DNA from: an uncultured Planctomycetaceae bacterium | Lineage (GTDB): Bacteria; Planctomycetota; Planctomycetia; Isosphaerales; Isosphaeraceae | Length of the DNA: 64,000 nt | NCBI GenBank assembly: GCA_963833985.1 | Contig: CAWIAD010000002.1 | Span: forward strand, 6,336,001 to 6,400,000 | Direction: 5' to 3' | In this document: piece by piece, positions 63,170 to 64,000 of the stretch | Numbering within the stretch: the first letter of the stretch is position 1 | How the letters are laid out: every line of letters starts with the position of its first letter | Notes under the pieces: generated by a model | Seen by the model: only the letters and a program-made list of their open reading frames with translations | What the model was told of the DNA's origin: nothing | Database searches by the model: none | Translations under genes and position numbers: made by a program

Positions 63170-63940
63170 GTGTACACGATCGCAGTTAGCGACCATGCGA
63201 TCGTGCGTAACGGTTTACGCGCAATGCATGTCCCGTTTCCCCGTTTCGTCTCTGTCCCGTTTCGTCTCGGGGAGGCCCTTGTCGCCGTACCCCTGCTCGC
63301 ATTGATCATTCCGGTCGAGGTCGCCGCTCCGCTAGCGGTCCTCGTGTCGGTCACGGTCGCCGGGGTCATTCTCTTACAGGACTGGCGGGACGTCCATACG
63401 AGCAGCGCTTGGAGGCTCATTCTTTCGACCACGTTCGGCATCCCTTGCGGTCTTCTGTTACTAACATCGGTCGCGGAACCGATAGTCAAGGCGGTTCTCG
63501 CCGCCGTGATCATTACCTTCGCGATGTACCGCCTGGTCGGACGCAGCCGTTTCGAGTTGGAGGACGACCGCCTGGCGTGGCTATTCGGGTTTGGGGCCGG
63601 GGTGCTGGGTGGCGCTTACGGCGTGAACGGGCCCCCGCTGGTGGCCTACGGGACACTGCGGCGCTGGTCTCCCGATCGGTTCCGGGCTACTCTGCAAGGG
63701 TACTTCCTGCCCGCCAGCCTGGTCGGCATGGCGGGTTACTGGGTGGCTGGTCTCTGGGTTCCCGCAGTGACTCGCTACTACCTCATGTCCATGCCAGTGG
63801 TCCTGGCGGCGACCGCTCTCGGACGTGTGCTCAACCGACGCTTGGATGGGCGTCGGTTCCTCCTCTACGTCCACATCGGGCTGATGGTGATCGGGTTGAT
63901 CCTCTTGATCCAGGCGGTGTGGGGTTCGGGCAGGTCATGA
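63170..63940 (+). CDS. TauE/SafE family sulfite exporter, N-terminus apparently replaced
   Basis: GEALVAVPLL..AAPL, GVLGGAYGVNGPP and FRATLQGYF. Recognisable similarity starts only near 63262. Confidence 0.8.
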   Translation: MYTIAVSDHAIVRNGLRAMHVPFPRFVSVPFRLGEALVAVPLLALIIPVEVAAPLAVLVSVTVAGVILLQDWRDVHTSSAWRLILSTTFGIPCGLLLLTSVAEPIVKAVLAAVIITFAMYRLVGRSRFELEDDRLAWLFGFGAGVLGGAYGVNGPPLVAYGTLRRWSPDRFRATLQGYFLPASLVGMAGYWVAGLWVPAVTRYYLMSMPVVLAATALGRVLNRRLDGRRFLLYVHIGLMVIGLILLIQAVWGSGRS

Positions 63941-64000
63941 GCCGATCCGGCAGGCATTGAAGATCAACGACCGACCGCAGTCATTACGGCGGGTCCTGCC

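Noticed and set aside
60800..63200. Integron cassette array
   Set aside because: No convincing RYYYAAC..GTTRRRY attC pairs and no integrase were seen.

Overview
GC-rich bacterial DNA, almost certainly from a planctomycete and most likely Isosphaeraceae-like. The evidence is DUF1559, TIGR03067, an LEPR-XLL signal, PEP-CTERM proteins and several ECF sigma/Ser-Thr kinase pairs. Housekeeping and metabolic genes are rsgA, thrS, pdxH, modABC, a copper amine oxidase, two sulfatases, an AGE-family epimerase and an MFS transporter. There is a dense signalling repertoire: four Hanks-type kinases, two intact and two partial ECF sigma factors, and a BlaI/M56-DUF1559 pair. Several decayed accessory patches hold remnants of Kelch, ISAs1, PEP-CTERM, toxin-antitoxin, HsdS and DUF1016 genes. 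About 11 otherwise intact genes carry small indels, most likely long-read assembly errors, so ORF-track splits and the apparent modB-modC fusion are treated as artefacts. The most striking structure is at 5010-9547: a kinase with eight 144-bp TPR-like repeats that are near-identical but mosaic, with variation focused on one helix face. On each side of it is a GTAG-type REP cluster enclosed by its own 49-65 bp direct duplication of local sequence. No rRNA, tRNA or CRISPR array was recognised. All family calls come from motif recognition by eye, not database searches.
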